Assembly (NCBI GenBank): GCA_038087875.1
Contig: JAXLNO010000645.1
Coordinates: 62,001-126,000 of the forward strand
DNA from: Malacoraja senta
Lineage: Eukaryota
Reading direction: 5' to 3'
DNA length: 64,000 nucleotides
Below, piece by piece: positions 32,501-45,584 of the stretch (its first letter is position 1; each line of letters begins with the position of its first letter). Both the position numbers and the translations under genes were made by a program. The notes below the pieces were generated by a model, which was not told the origin of the DNA, searched no databases, and saw only the letters and a list, made by a program, of their open reading frames with translations.

Positions 32501-35500
32501 TGCGTGCTGAATTTTCGTCGCTTTTCGTGTGCTGATATTTCATTGCTTTTCACGTCCTGAAATTTCGTCACTTTAGGCGTGCAGAATCTTTGTCGCATTT
32601 CGTGTGCTGAATTTCGTCACTTTTCACGTGCTGAATTACCGTCGCTTTTCGTGTCCTGAAGGTTCGTCACTTTTAACGTGCTGAATTTTCATCGCTTTTC
32701 ACAGGCTGAATTTTCGTCGTTCGCGTGCTGAAATTTCGTCGCCTTTCATGTCCTAATATTTCGTCGCCTGTCACATCCTGAAATTTCGTCGCTTTATTCG
32801 TCTTGATATTACGTTGCTTTTCGCGTCTTGAAGGTTCGTCGCTTTTCGAATGCTTTTCACGTTCTGAAATTTAGTCACTTTTCGCGTGCTGAATTTTCGT
32901 CGCTTTTCATGTCCTGAAGGTTCGTCACTTGTAACATGCTGAATTTTGATTGCTTTTCACAGGCTGAATTTTCGTCGGCTTTCATGTCCTGAAATTTCGT
33001 CACCTTACACATCCTGAAATTTCGTCGCTTTATTCGTCCTGATATTACATCGCTTTTTGCGTGCTGAATTTTTGTCGCTTTTTACATGCTTAATTTTCGT
33101 CGCTTTTCGCGTGCTTAATTGTCGTCGCTTTTAACATTCTGAAATGTAGTCACTTTTCGCTTGCGGAATTTCCGTCGCTTTTCGCGTCCTGAAGGTTTGT
33201 GGCTTTTCGTGTGCTGAATTTGCGTCACTTTACCCGTGCAGAAACTTCGATGGTTTTAACGTCCTGAAGGTTCCTCTCTTTCTGTGTACTGAATTTTCGT
33301 CGCATTTCATGTTCTGAAATGTCGTCGCATTATGTGTCCTGAAATTTCGTCGCTTTTCGTGTGCTGATATTTCGTCGCTTTTCAGGTGCTGAATTTTTGT
33401 CGCTTTTTGCATGCTGAATTTTCGTCGCTTTTTGTATGCTGAAATTGCGTCGCTTTACACGTCCTGAAATTTCATCGCTTTTCGCGTGCTGAATTTTCGT
33501 CGCTTTTTGCGTGCTGAATTTTTATCACTTTTCGAGTGCTGATATTTCATCGCTTTCCACGTCCCGAAGGATCGTCACTTTTTGCATGCTGAATTTTCGT
33601 CGCTTTTCGCATGGTGAATTTTCGTCCCTTTTAGTGTGCTGAAATTTCGTCGCTTTTCACGTCCTGAAATTTCGTCGCTTTTCGCGTGCAGAATTTTTGT
33701 ACCTTTTCACGTGCTGAATTTTCATCGCTTTTCACGTCCTGGTTCGTCACTTTTCGTGTACCAAAATTTTGTCGCTGTTCGTCTCCTGAAATTTTGTCGC
33801 TTCATGCATCCTGAACTTTTGTCGCATTTTGCAATTTGAATTTATGTCGCTTTTGACATTTTTAATTTTCGTCGCCTTTCGCGTCCTGCAGGTTCGTCAC
33901 TTTTCATGTGCTGAATGTTCGTCGCTTTTCGTGTTGTGAAATTTCGTCGCTTTTCACGTTCTAAAATTTCGTTGCATCATGCGTCCTGTAATTTCATCGC
34001 TTTTCACATGCTGAATGTTCGTCGCTTTTCGCGAGCTGAATTTTGATCACTTTTCACGTGCTGAAATTTCGTCGCCTTTCATGTCCTGAAATTTCGTCGC
34101 CTTTCACGTCCTGAAATTTCGTTGCTTTATTCGTTCTGATATTACGTCGCTTTTCGTGTGCTGAATTTTTGTCACTTTTTGCATGCTGAATTTCCGTCGC
34201 TTTTTGCGTGCCTCATTTTCATCGCATTCCACGTCTTGCTTCGTCGCTTTTCGCATGCTGAATTTTCTTTGCTTTTCGCATGCTTAATTCTCGTCGCTTT
34301 TCACGTGCTAAATTTTCGTCACTTTTAACGATCCGAAATTTAGTTGCTTTACGCGTGCTGAATTTTCGTCGCTTTTCATGTGCTGATATTTCACTGCTTT
34401 TCACGTCCTGAAATTTCGTCCCTTTAGGCGTGCTGATATTTTGTCGCCTTATGCGTCCTGATGTTTTGTCGCTTTCCGCATGGTGAATTTTCGTCGCTTT
34501 TTTTGTGCTGAAATTTCGGCAATTCGTGTGCTGAAATTTCGTCGCTTTTCATGTGCTGATATTTCGGCGCTTTTCAGGTCCTGAAATTTCGTCACTTTTG
34601 GCGTGCTGAATTTTCTTCGCCTTTCACGTCCTGAAGGATTATCGCTTTTCACGTCTTGAAGGATCGTCGCTTTTCATGTGATGAAGTTTCGTCGCCTTAT
34701 TAGTCCTGATATTGTCGCTTTCTGCATGCTGATTTTTTGTCGCTTTTTGCATGCTGAATTTTGGTCGCTTTTTGTATGCTGAAATTCCGTCGCTTTACAC
34801 GTCCTGAAATTTCATCACTATACGCGTGCTGAATTTTCGTCGCTTTTTGCGTGCTGAATTTTTATCACTTCGAGTGCTGATATTTCATCGCTTTTCACGT
34901 CCTGAAGGATCGTCACTTTCCGCGTACTGAATTTTCGTCGCTTTTCACGTGGTGAATTTTCGTCGCTTTTATTAAGCTGAAATTTCGTCGCTTTTCACGT
35001 CCTGAAATTTCGCCACTTTTTTCGTGCTGAATTTTGTCGCTTTTCGCATGGTGAATTTTCGTCGCTTTTAGTGTGCTGAAATTTCGTCGCTTTTCACGTC
35101 CTGAAATTTCATCGCTTTTCGTGTGCAGAATTTTCGTCGCTTTTCGCGTGCTGAATTTTCGTCGCTTTTCATGTCCTGAAGGCTCGTCACTTTTCGTGTG
35201 CCGAAATTATGTTGCTGTTCATCTCCTGAACTTTTTTCGCTTCATGCATCCTGAACTTTTATCGCATTTTGCAACTTGAATTTATCTCGCTTTTGACATT
35301 TTTAATTTCCGTCGCCTTTCGCGTCCTGAAGGTTCATCACTTTTCGTGTGTTGAATGTTCGTCGCTTTTCGTGTGTTGAAATTTCGTCGCTTTTCACGTT
35401 CTAAAATGTCGTTGCTTCATGCGTCCTGTAATCTCGTCGCTTTTCGCATGCTGAATGTTCGTCGCTTTTCGCATGCTGAATTTTGGTCACTTTTCACGCG

Positions 35501-38500
35501 CTGAATTATCATTGCTTTTCGCGTCCTGAAGGTTCGTCACTTTTCGCGTGCTGAATGTTCGTCGCTTTTTGTGTGCTGAAATTTCGTCGCTTTTCACGTT
35601 CTAAAATGTTGTCGCTTTTCGCGTGCTGAAATTTCGTCGCCTTTCATGTCCTGAAATTTCGTCGCCTTTCACATCCTGAAATTTCGTCGCTTTATTCGTC
35701 CTGATATTACGTCGCTTTTCGAGTGCTGAATTTTTGTCACTTTTTGCATGCTGAATTTCATTCGCTTTTTACGTGCCTAATTTTCAACACTTTTCGCGTC
35801 TTGAAGGTTCGTCGCTTTTCGCATGCTGAATTTTCGTTGCTTTTCACATGCATAATTTTCGTCGCTTTTCGCGTGCTAAATTTTCGTCGCTTTTAACTTT
35901 CTGAAATTTAGTCGCTGAATTTTCGTTGGTTTTAACCTTCCTGAATGTTCCTCTCTTTTCGCCTGCTGAATTTTCGTCGCTTTCAGCATGCTGAATTTCT
36001 GTCGCATTTTGTGTGCTGAAATTTCGGCGCTTGTCGTCTGCTCAAAATTCGGCGCTTTTCATGTTCTGAAATTTCGTCGCATAATGCGTCCTGTAATTTC
36101 GTCACTTTTCGTATGCTGAATTTTCATCGCTTTTTGTGTGTTGAAATTTCGGCGCTTTTCGTGTCTTTTCACATCCTGAAATTTCGTCACTTTTCACGTC
36201 CTGAAGGATCGTCGCTTTTCGCGTGCTGAAATTTCGTCGCTTTTCGCATGGTGAATTTTCGTCGCTTTTAGTATACTGAAATTTCGTTGCTTTTCACGTC
36301 CTGAAATTTCGTCACTTTTCGCGTGCTGAATTTTCGTCGCTTTTTGCGTGCTGAATTTTTGTCGCTTTTTGCCTGCTGAATTTTCGTCACTTTTCACGTG
36401 CTGAATTATCGTCGCTTTTCGTGCCCTGATGGTTCGTCACTTATTACGTGCTGAATTTTCCTCGATTTTCACAGGCTTCGTTTTCATCGCTTTTTGCGTC
36501 TTGAAGGTTCGTTGCTTTTCTCAAGCTGAATTTTCATCGCTTTTCCCGTGCTGAAATTTAGTCGGATTTCATGTCCTGAAATTTCCACACCTTTCACGTC
36601 CTGAAATTTCGTCGCTTTATTCATCCTGATATTACATTGCTTTTCGCGTGCTGAATTTTTTTTGCTTTTTGCATGCTAAATTTTCATCGCTTTTCACGTG
36701 CTAAATTTTCGTCACTTTTCACGTTCTGAAATTTAGTCACTTTTCGCATGCGGAATTTCCGTTGCTTTTCCTGATGGTTTTTTGCTTTTCGCGTGCTGAA
36801 TTATCGTCACTTTATGCGTGAAGAATTTTAGTTAGTTTTAACGTCCTGAAGGTTCCTCTATTTTTGCGTGCTTGAACTTGAATTAATGTCGCTTTTGACA
36901 TTTTTAATTTTTATCACTTCGAGTGCTGACATTTCATCGCTTTTCACGTCCTGAAGGATCGTCACTTTCCGCGTACTGGATTTTCGTCACTTTTCACATG
37001 GTGAATTTTCGTCGCTTTTATTAAGCTGAAATTTCGTCGCTTCTCACGTCCTGAAATTTCGCCACTTTTTTCGTGCCGAATTTGTCGCTTTTCGCATGGT
37101 GAATTTTCGTCGCTTTTAGTGTGCTGAAATGTCGTCGCTTTTCACGTCCTGAAACTTCGTCGCTTTTCGTGTGCGGACATTTCGTCGCTTTTCGCGTGCT
37201 GAATTTTCGTCGCTTTTCACGTCCTGAAGGTTCATCACTTTTCGTGTGCTGAATGTTTGTCGCTTTTCGTGTGCTGAAATTTCGTCACTTTTCACGTTCT
37301 AAAATGTCATTGCTTCATGCGTCCTGTAATTTAGTCGCTTTTCGCATGCTGAATGTTCGTCGCTTTTCGCATGCTGAATTTTGGTCACTTTTCACGTGCT
37401 GAATTATCGTTGCTTTTCGCGTCCTGAAGGTTCGTCACTTTTCGCGTGCTGAATGTTCGTCGCTTTTCGTGTGCTGAAATTTCGTCGCTTTTCACGTTCT
37501 AAAATTTTGTCACTTTTCGCGTGCTGAAATTTCGTCGCCTTTCATGTCCTGAAATTTCGTCGCCTTTCACGTCCTGAAATTTCGTTGCTTTATTCGTCCT
37601 GATATTACGTCGCTTTTCGTGTGCTAAATTTTTGTCACTTTTTGCATGCTGAATTTCCGTCGCTTTTTACGTGCCTAATTTTCAACACTTTTCGCGTCTT
37701 GAAGGTTCGTCGCTTTTCGCATGCTGAATTTTCGTTGCTTTTCGCATGCATAATTTTCGTCGCTTTTCGCGTGCTAAATTTTCGTCGCTTTTAACTTTCT
37801 GAAATTTAGTCGCTTTACGTGTGCTGAATTTTCGTTGGTTTTAACGTCCTGAATGTTCCTCTCTTTTCGCCTGCTGAATTTTCGTCGCTTTCAGCATGCT
37901 GAATTTCCGTCGCATTTTGTGTGCTGAAATTTCGGCGCTTGTCGTCTCCTCAAGATTCGGCGCTTTTCATGTTCTGAAATTTCGTCGCATAATGCGTCCT
38001 GTAATTTCGTCACTTTTCGTATGCTGAATTTTCATCGCTTTTTGTGTGTTGAAATTTCGGCGCTTTTCCTGTGCTGATATTTCGTCACTTTTCACGTCCT
38101 GAAATTTCGTCACTTTTCGCGTGCTGAATTTTCGTCGCATTTTGCGTGCTGAATTTTTGTCGCTTTTTGCCTGCTGAATTTTCGTCACTTTTCACGTGCT
38201 GAATTATCGTCGCTTTTCGTGTCCTGATGGTTCGTCACTTTTTATGTGCTGAATTTTCCTCGCTTTTCACAGGCTTCGTTTTCTTCACTTTTCGCGTCTT
38301 GAAGGTTCGTTGCTTTTCTCAAGCTGAATTTTCATCGCTTTTCCCGTGCTGAAATTTAGTCGGATTTCATGTCCTGAAATTTCCTCACGTCCTGAAATTT
38401 CGTCGCTTTATTCATCCTGATATTACGTTGCTTTTCGCGTGCTAAATTTTTTTTGCTTTTTGCATGCTAAATTTTCATCGCTTTTCGCGTGCTAAATTTT

Positions 38501-41500
38501 CGTCACTTTTCACGTTCTGAAATGTAGTCACTTTTCGCATGCGGAATTTCCGTTGCTTTTCCTGATGGTTTTTCGCTTTTCGCGTGCTGAATTTTCGTCA
38601 CTTTATGCGTGAAGAATTTTAGTTGGTTTTAACGTCCTGAAGGTTCCTCTATTTTTGCGTGCTTGAACTTGAATTAATGTCGCGTTTGACATTTTTAATT
38701 TTCGTCGCCTTTCGCGTCCTGAAGGTTCGTCACTTTTCGTGTGCTGAATGTTCGTCGCTTTTCATGTGCTGAAATTTCGTCGGTTTTCACGTTCTAAAAT
38801 TTCGTTGCATCATGCGTCCTGTAATTTCGTCGCTTTTCGCATGCTGAATGTTCGTCGCTTTTCGCGTGCTGAATTTTGGTCACTTTTCACGTGCTGAATT
38901 ATCGTCGTTTTTTGCGTCCTGAAGGTTCGTCATTTTTCGCGTGCTGAATGTTCGTCGCTTTTCGTGTGCTGAAATATCGTCGCTTTTCATGTTCTAAAAT
39001 TTCGTCGCATTTTGCGTGCTGAAATTTCGTCGCCTTTCATGTCCTGAAATTTCGTTGCCTTTCATGTCCTGAAATTTCGTCGCTTTATTCGTCCTGATAT
39101 AACGTGGCTTTTCGTGTGCTGAATTTTTGTCACTTTTTGCATGCTGAATTTCCGTCGCTTTATGCGTGCCTCATTTTCATCGCATTTCGCGCCTTGGTTC
39201 GTCGCTTTTCGCATTCTGAATTTCCGTTGTTTTTCGCATGCTTAATTTTCGTCGCTTTTCGCGTGCTAAATTTTCGTCACTTTTAACGTTATGAAATTTA
39301 GTTGCTTTACGAGTGCTGAATTTTCGTCGCTTTTCGCGTGCTTAATTTTCATCGCTTTTCATGTTCTGAAATTTCGTCACTTTTTGCGTGCTGAATTTTC
39401 GTCGCTTTTCGCATGGTGAATTTTCATCACTTTTAGTGTGCTGAAATTTTGTCGCTTTTCATGTCCTGAAATTTCGTCGCCTTTTGCGTGCAGAATTTTT
39501 GTCGCTTTGCGCGTGCTGAATTTTCATCACTTTTCACGTCCTGAAGGTTCGTCACTTTTCGTGTACCGAAATTTTGTCGCTGTTCGTCTCCTGAAATTTT
39601 GTCGCTTCATGCATCCTGAACTTTTGTCGCATTTTGCAATTTGAATTTATGTCGCATTTGACACTTTTAATTTTCGTCACCTTTCGCGTCCTGAAGGTTC
39701 GTCACTTTTCATGTGCTGAATGTTCATCGCTTTGTGTGTGCTGAAATTTCGTCACCTTTCACGTTCTAAAATTTCGTTGCATCATGCGTCCTGTAATTTC
39801 ATCGCTTTTCGCATGCTGAATGTTCGTCGCTTTTCGCATGCTGAATTTTGGTCACTTTTCATGTGCTGAATTATCGTCGCTTTTCACGTCCTGAAGGTTC
39901 GTCACTTTCCGCGTGCTGAATGTTCGTCGCTTTTCATGTGCTGAAATTTCGTCGCTTTTCGTGTGCAGAATTTTCGTCGCTTTTCGCGTGCTGAATTTTC
40001 GTCGCTTTTCACGTCCTGAAGGTTCGTCACTTTTCGTGTGCCGAAATTTTGTTGCTGTTCGTCTCCTGAAATTTTTTCGCTTCATGCATCCTGAACTTTT
40101 GTCGCATTTTGCAACTTGAATGTATCTCGCTTTTGACATATTTAATTTCCGTCGCCTTTCGCGTCCTGAAGGTTCGTCACTTTTCGTGTGCTGAATGTTC
40201 GTCGCTTTTCGTGTGCTGAAATATCGTCGCTTTTCACGTTCTAAAATGTCGTTGCTTCATGCGTCCTGTAATTTCGTCGCTTTTAGCATGCTGAATGTTC
40301 ATCGCTTTTCACGTGCAGAATTTTGGTCACTTTTCACGTGCTGAAATATCGTCGCTTTTCGCGTCCTGAAGGTTCGTCACTTTTCACGTGCTGAATGTTC
40401 GTCGCTTTTCGTGTGCTGAAATTTTGTCGCTTTTCACGTTCTAAAATTTTGTCGCTTTTCGCGTGCTGAAATTTCGTCGCCTTTCATGTCCTGAAATTTC
40501 GTCGCCTTTCACGTCCTGAAATTTCGTCGCCTTATTCGTCCTGATATTACGTCGCTTTTCGTGTGGTGAATTTTTGTCAATTTTTGCATGCTGAATTTCC
40601 GTCGCTTTTTACGTGCCTCATTTTCAACGCTTTTCGCGTCTTGAAGGTTCGTTGCTTTTCGCATGCTGAATTTTCATTGCTTTTCGCATGCATAATTTTC
40701 GTCGCTTTTCACGTGCTAAATTTTCGTCAATTTTAACGTTCTGAAATTTAGTCGCTTTACGCGTGCTGAATTTTCGTTGGTTTTAACGTCCTGAATGTTC
40801 CTCTCTTTTCGCCTGCTGAATTTTCGTCGCTTTCAGCATGTTGAATTCCCGTCGCATTTTGTGTGTTGAAATTTCGGCGCTTGCCGTCTGCTCAAAATTC
40901 GGTGATTTTCATGTTCTGATATTTTGTCGCTTTTCACGTCCTGAAATTTCGTCACTTGTCGTGCTGAATTTTCGTCACTTTTCACGTCCTGAAGGATCGT
41001 CGCTTTTCTAGTGCTGAAATTTCGTCGCTTTTCGCATGGTGAATTTTCGTCGCTTTTAGTATACTGAAATTACGTCGTTTTACACGTCCTGAAATTTCGT
41101 CACTTTTCGCGTGCTGAATTTTCGTCGCTTTTTGCGTGCTGAATTTTGGTCGCTTTTTGCCTGCTGAATTTTCGTCACTTTTCACGTGCTGAATTATCGT
41201 CTCTTTTCGTGTCCTGATGGTTCGTCACTTTTAACGTGCTGAATTCTCCTCGCTTTTCACAGGCTTCGCTTTAATCGCTTTTCGCGTCTTGAAGGTTCGT
41301 TGCTTTTCTCAAGCTGAATTTTCATCGCTTTTCCCGTGCTGAAATTTAGTCGGATTTCATGTCCTGAAATTTCCTCGCCTTTCACGTGCTGAAATTTCGT
41401 CGCTTTATTCATCCTGATATTACGTTGCTTTTCGCGTGCTGAATTTTTTTTGCGTTTTGCATGCAAAATTTTCATCGCTTTTCGCGTGCTAAATTTTCGT

Positions 41501-42133
41501 CACTTTTCACGTTCTGAAATTTAGTCACTTTTAGCATGCGGAATTTCCGTTGCTTTTCATGTCCTGATGGTTTTTTGCTTTTCGCGTGCTGAATTTTCCG
41601 TCACTTTACATGTGCAGAATTTTAGTTGGTTTTAACGTCCTGAAGGTTCCTCTCTTTTTGCGTGCTGAATTTTCGTCGCTTTTCGTATGCTGAATTTTCA
41701 TCACTTTTCGTGTGTTAAAATTTCGCTGCTTTTCACGTTCTGGAATTTCGCCGCATTTCACGTTCTGAAATTTCGTCGCTTTATGCGTCCTGATGTTTCG
41801 TCGCTTTCCGCATGCCGAATTTTAGTCGCTTTTTGTGTGCTGAAATTTCTCCGCTTTTCGTGTGCTGATATTTCGTCGCTTTTCACGTCCTGAAATTTCG
41901 TCACTTTTGGCGTGCTGAATTTTCGTCACTTTTCACGTCTTGAAGGATCATCGCTTTTCACGTCCTGAAGGATCGTCGATTTTCGCGTGCTGAATTTTCA
42001 TCGCCTTATTCTTCCTGATATTACGTCGTTTTTGCATGCTGAATTTTTGTCGCCTTCTGCAGGCTGAATTTTCGTCGCTTTTATTATGCAAAAATTTCGT
42101 CGCTTTTCACATCCTGAAATTTCATCACTTTTC
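32501..42133. repeat. 25-bp satellite array
   Basis: Continuous 25-bp periodicity with kb-scale duplicated blocks. Confidence 0.97.
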
Positions 42134-45100
42134 CATATACCCATATAACCATATAACCATTACTGCACGGAAACAGGCCATCTTTGCCCTTCAAGTCCGT
42201 GCCGAACTTTTTATTATTTTTTTAATAAATACTTCCGCCTAGTCCCATCTACCTGCACTCAGACCATAACCCTCCATTCCTTTCCCGTCCTTATACCCAT
42301 CAAATCAATTTTTAAAGGATAAAATCGAACCTGCCTCCACCACTTCCACTGGAAGCTCATTCCACACAGCTACCACTCTCTGAGTAAAGAAGTTCCCCCT
42401 AATGTTACCCCTAAACTTCTGTCCCTTAATTCTCAAGTCATGTCCCCTTGTTTGAATCTTCCCTACTCTCAATGGAAAAAGCTTATCCACGTCAACTCTG
42501 TCTAACCCGCTCATAATTTTAAAGACGTCTATCAAGTCCCCTCTTAACCTTCTGCGCTCCAAAGAATAAAGACCTAACTTGTTCAACCTTTCTCTGTAAC
42601 TTAGTTGCTGAAACGCAGGCAACATTCTAGTAAATCTCCTCTGTACTCTCTCTATTTTTTTGACATCCTTCCTATAATTAGGCGACCAAAATTGTACTCC
42701 ATACTCCAGAATTGGCCTCACCAATGCCTTCTACAATTTTAACATTACATCCCAACTTCTATATTCAATGCTCTGATTTATAAAGGCCAGCACACCAAAA
42801 GCTTTGTTTACCACCCTATTTATATGAGATTCCACCTTCAGGGAACTATGCACAGTTATTCCTAGATCCCTCTGGTCAACTGCATTACTCAATTCTCTAC
42901 CATTTACCATGTACGTCCTATTTTGATTTGTCCTGCCGAGATGTAGTACCTCACATTTATCAGCATTAAACTCTATCTGCCATCTTTCAGCCCACTCTTC
43001 CAAATGGCCTAAATCTCTCTGTAGACTTTGAAAATCGACTTCATTATTCACCACACCACCTATCTTAGTATCATCTGCATACTTACTAATCCAATTTTCC
43101 ACACCATCATCCAGATCATTGATGTACATGACAAACAAAAGTGGACCCAACACAGACCCCTGAGGCACCCCACTAGTCACCGGCCTCCAACCTGACAAAC
43201 AGCCATCCACCATTACTCTCTGGCATCTCCCATTCAGCCACTGTTGAATCCATCTTGCTACTCCACCATTAATACCCAACAATTGAATCTTCTTAACCAA
43301 CCTTCCATGAGGAACCTTGTCAAAGACCTTACTGAAGTCCATATAGACAATATCCACTGCTTTGCCCTCATCAATTTCCCTAGTAACCTCTTCGAAATAT
43401 TCTAGAAGATTAGTCAAACATGAAATTCCAGGCACAAATCCATGTTGACTGTTCCTAATCAGACCCTGCTTATCCAGATGCTTATATATATTATCTCTAA
43501 GTATCCTTTCCATTAATCTGCCCACAACTGACGTCAAACTAACAGGTCTGTAATTGCTAGGTTTACTCTTAGATCCCTTTTTAAACAACGGAACAACATG
43601 CGCAGTACGCCAATCCTCCGGCACTATTCCCGTTTCTTATGACATTTGAAATATTTCTGTCATAGCCCCTGCTATTTCTACACTAACTTCCCTCAATGTC
43701 CTCGGGAATATCCTGTCAGGACCTGGAGACTTATCCGTTTTCATATTTTTCAAAAGTGTCCGCACCTCCTCTTCATTGAATCTCATAGTTTCCATTGCTA
43801 CTCTGCTTGTTTCCCTTACCTCACATAATTCAATATCCTTCTGCTTGGTGAATACCGAAGAAAAAAAATTGTTCAATATCTCCCCTATCTCTTTTGGCTC
43901 TACAGATAGCTGTCCACTCTGACTCTCTAATGGACCAATTTTTTTCCTTGTTATCCTTTTGCTAATAATATAGCTGTAGAAACCCTTTGGATTTACTTTC
44001 ACCTTACTTGCCAAAGCAACCTCATATCTTCTTTTAGCTTTTCTAATTTCATTCTTAATATTCTTTTTACATTCTTTATACTCCTCAAGCACCTCATTTA
44101 CTCCATGCTGCCTATAATATTGAAGATCTCTCTCTTTTTCCGAACCAAGTGTCCAATTTCCCTTGAAAACCATGGCTCTTTCCAATTTGTACTTTTTCCT
44201 TTCAACCGAACAGGGACATAAAGATTCTGTACTTAAAATGCACCTTTAAATGTCCTCCATTTCTCTTCTACATCCTTCCCATAAAACAACGTCCCAATTC
44301 ACTCCTTTTAAGTCCTTTCGCATCTCCTCAAAGTTAGCCTTTCTCCAATCAAAAATCTCAACCCTAGGTCCAGTTCTGACTCTCTGCATAATTATATTGA
44401 AACTAATGGTATTGTGATCACTGGACCCGAAGTGCTCCCCAACGCTTACCTCCTGTCTCATTTCCTAACAGGAGGTCCAGCACTGCCCCTTCTCTAGTAG
44501 GTACCTGTATGTATTGCTGCAAAAACTATCCTGCACACATTTTACACTCCAAACCATCCAGCCCTTTTCCAAAATGTGTTTCCCAGTCTATGTGTGGAAA
44601 ATTGAAATCTCCCACAATCACCACCTTGTGCTTACTACTAATATCTACTATCTCCTCACATATTTGCTCTTCCAATTCTCGCTCCCCATTTGGCGGTCTA
44701 TAATACACCCCTATAAGTGTTGCTACACCTTTCTCATTTCTCAGCTCCACCCAAATAGCCACCCTAGACGAGCCCTCTAATCTATCCTGCCAAAGCACTG
44801 ATGTAATATCTTCCTTGACAAGCAATGCAACACCCCCACCTCTTGCCCCTCCAATTCTATCACCCCTGAAGCAACGAAATCCTGGAAAAATTAGTTTCCA
44901 ATCACAGCCCTCCTGCAACCATGTTTCACTGATCGCCACAACATCATACTTCCAGGTGTCAATCCAGACTCTAAGCTCATCCACCTTTCTTACAATGCTC
45001 CTAGCATTAAAATATACACATTTAAGAAACCCACCACCACTTATTCTCTGTTTATTATCTTTTTCTTCTTTCTCCCCTAAATTTTGGGTCCGAGTGCTTC

Positions 45101-45584
45101 CCTTCACTGCCTCCTGCCTACCACATTTTCTACCATCTTTCTCTATTTGAGTCCCTCCCCACAACCGTTCTAGTTTAAAGTCTCCCCAGTAGCCTTTGCA
45201 AATCTCCCCGCCAGGATATTTTTTCCCCTCGGGTTCAAGTGCAACCCGTCCTTTCTGTACAGGTCACACCTTCCCCAAAAGAGGTCCCAATGATCCAGAA
45301 ATTTGAATCCCTGCCCGCTGCACCAGTTCCTCAGCCACGCATTTATCCTCCACCTCATTTCATTCCTACTCTCACTGACACGTGGCACAGGTAGTAGCCC
45401 TGAGATTGTTACCTTTGCGGACGTTCTCCTTAACTCTCCTCCCAAATCCCTAAATTCTCCTTTCATGACCTCTTCTCTTTTTCTGCCTATGTCATTGGTA
45501 CCTATATGTACCACAACCTCAGGCTCCTCTCCCTCCGATTTCAGGATATCTTGGACGCGTTCAGACACATCCCTGACCCTGGCA
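42134..45584 (-). mobile_element. CR1 LINE family B copy 1, 5'-truncated in ORF1, frameshifted
   Basis: Esterase C-terminal half, APE and RT fragments (42305-45625 ORFs); (TATGGTTA)n tail. Confidence 0.94.

Noticed and set aside
32501..42133. CENP-B box in the satellite
   Set aside because: TTCG is frequent but the required downstream A..CGGG is absent.
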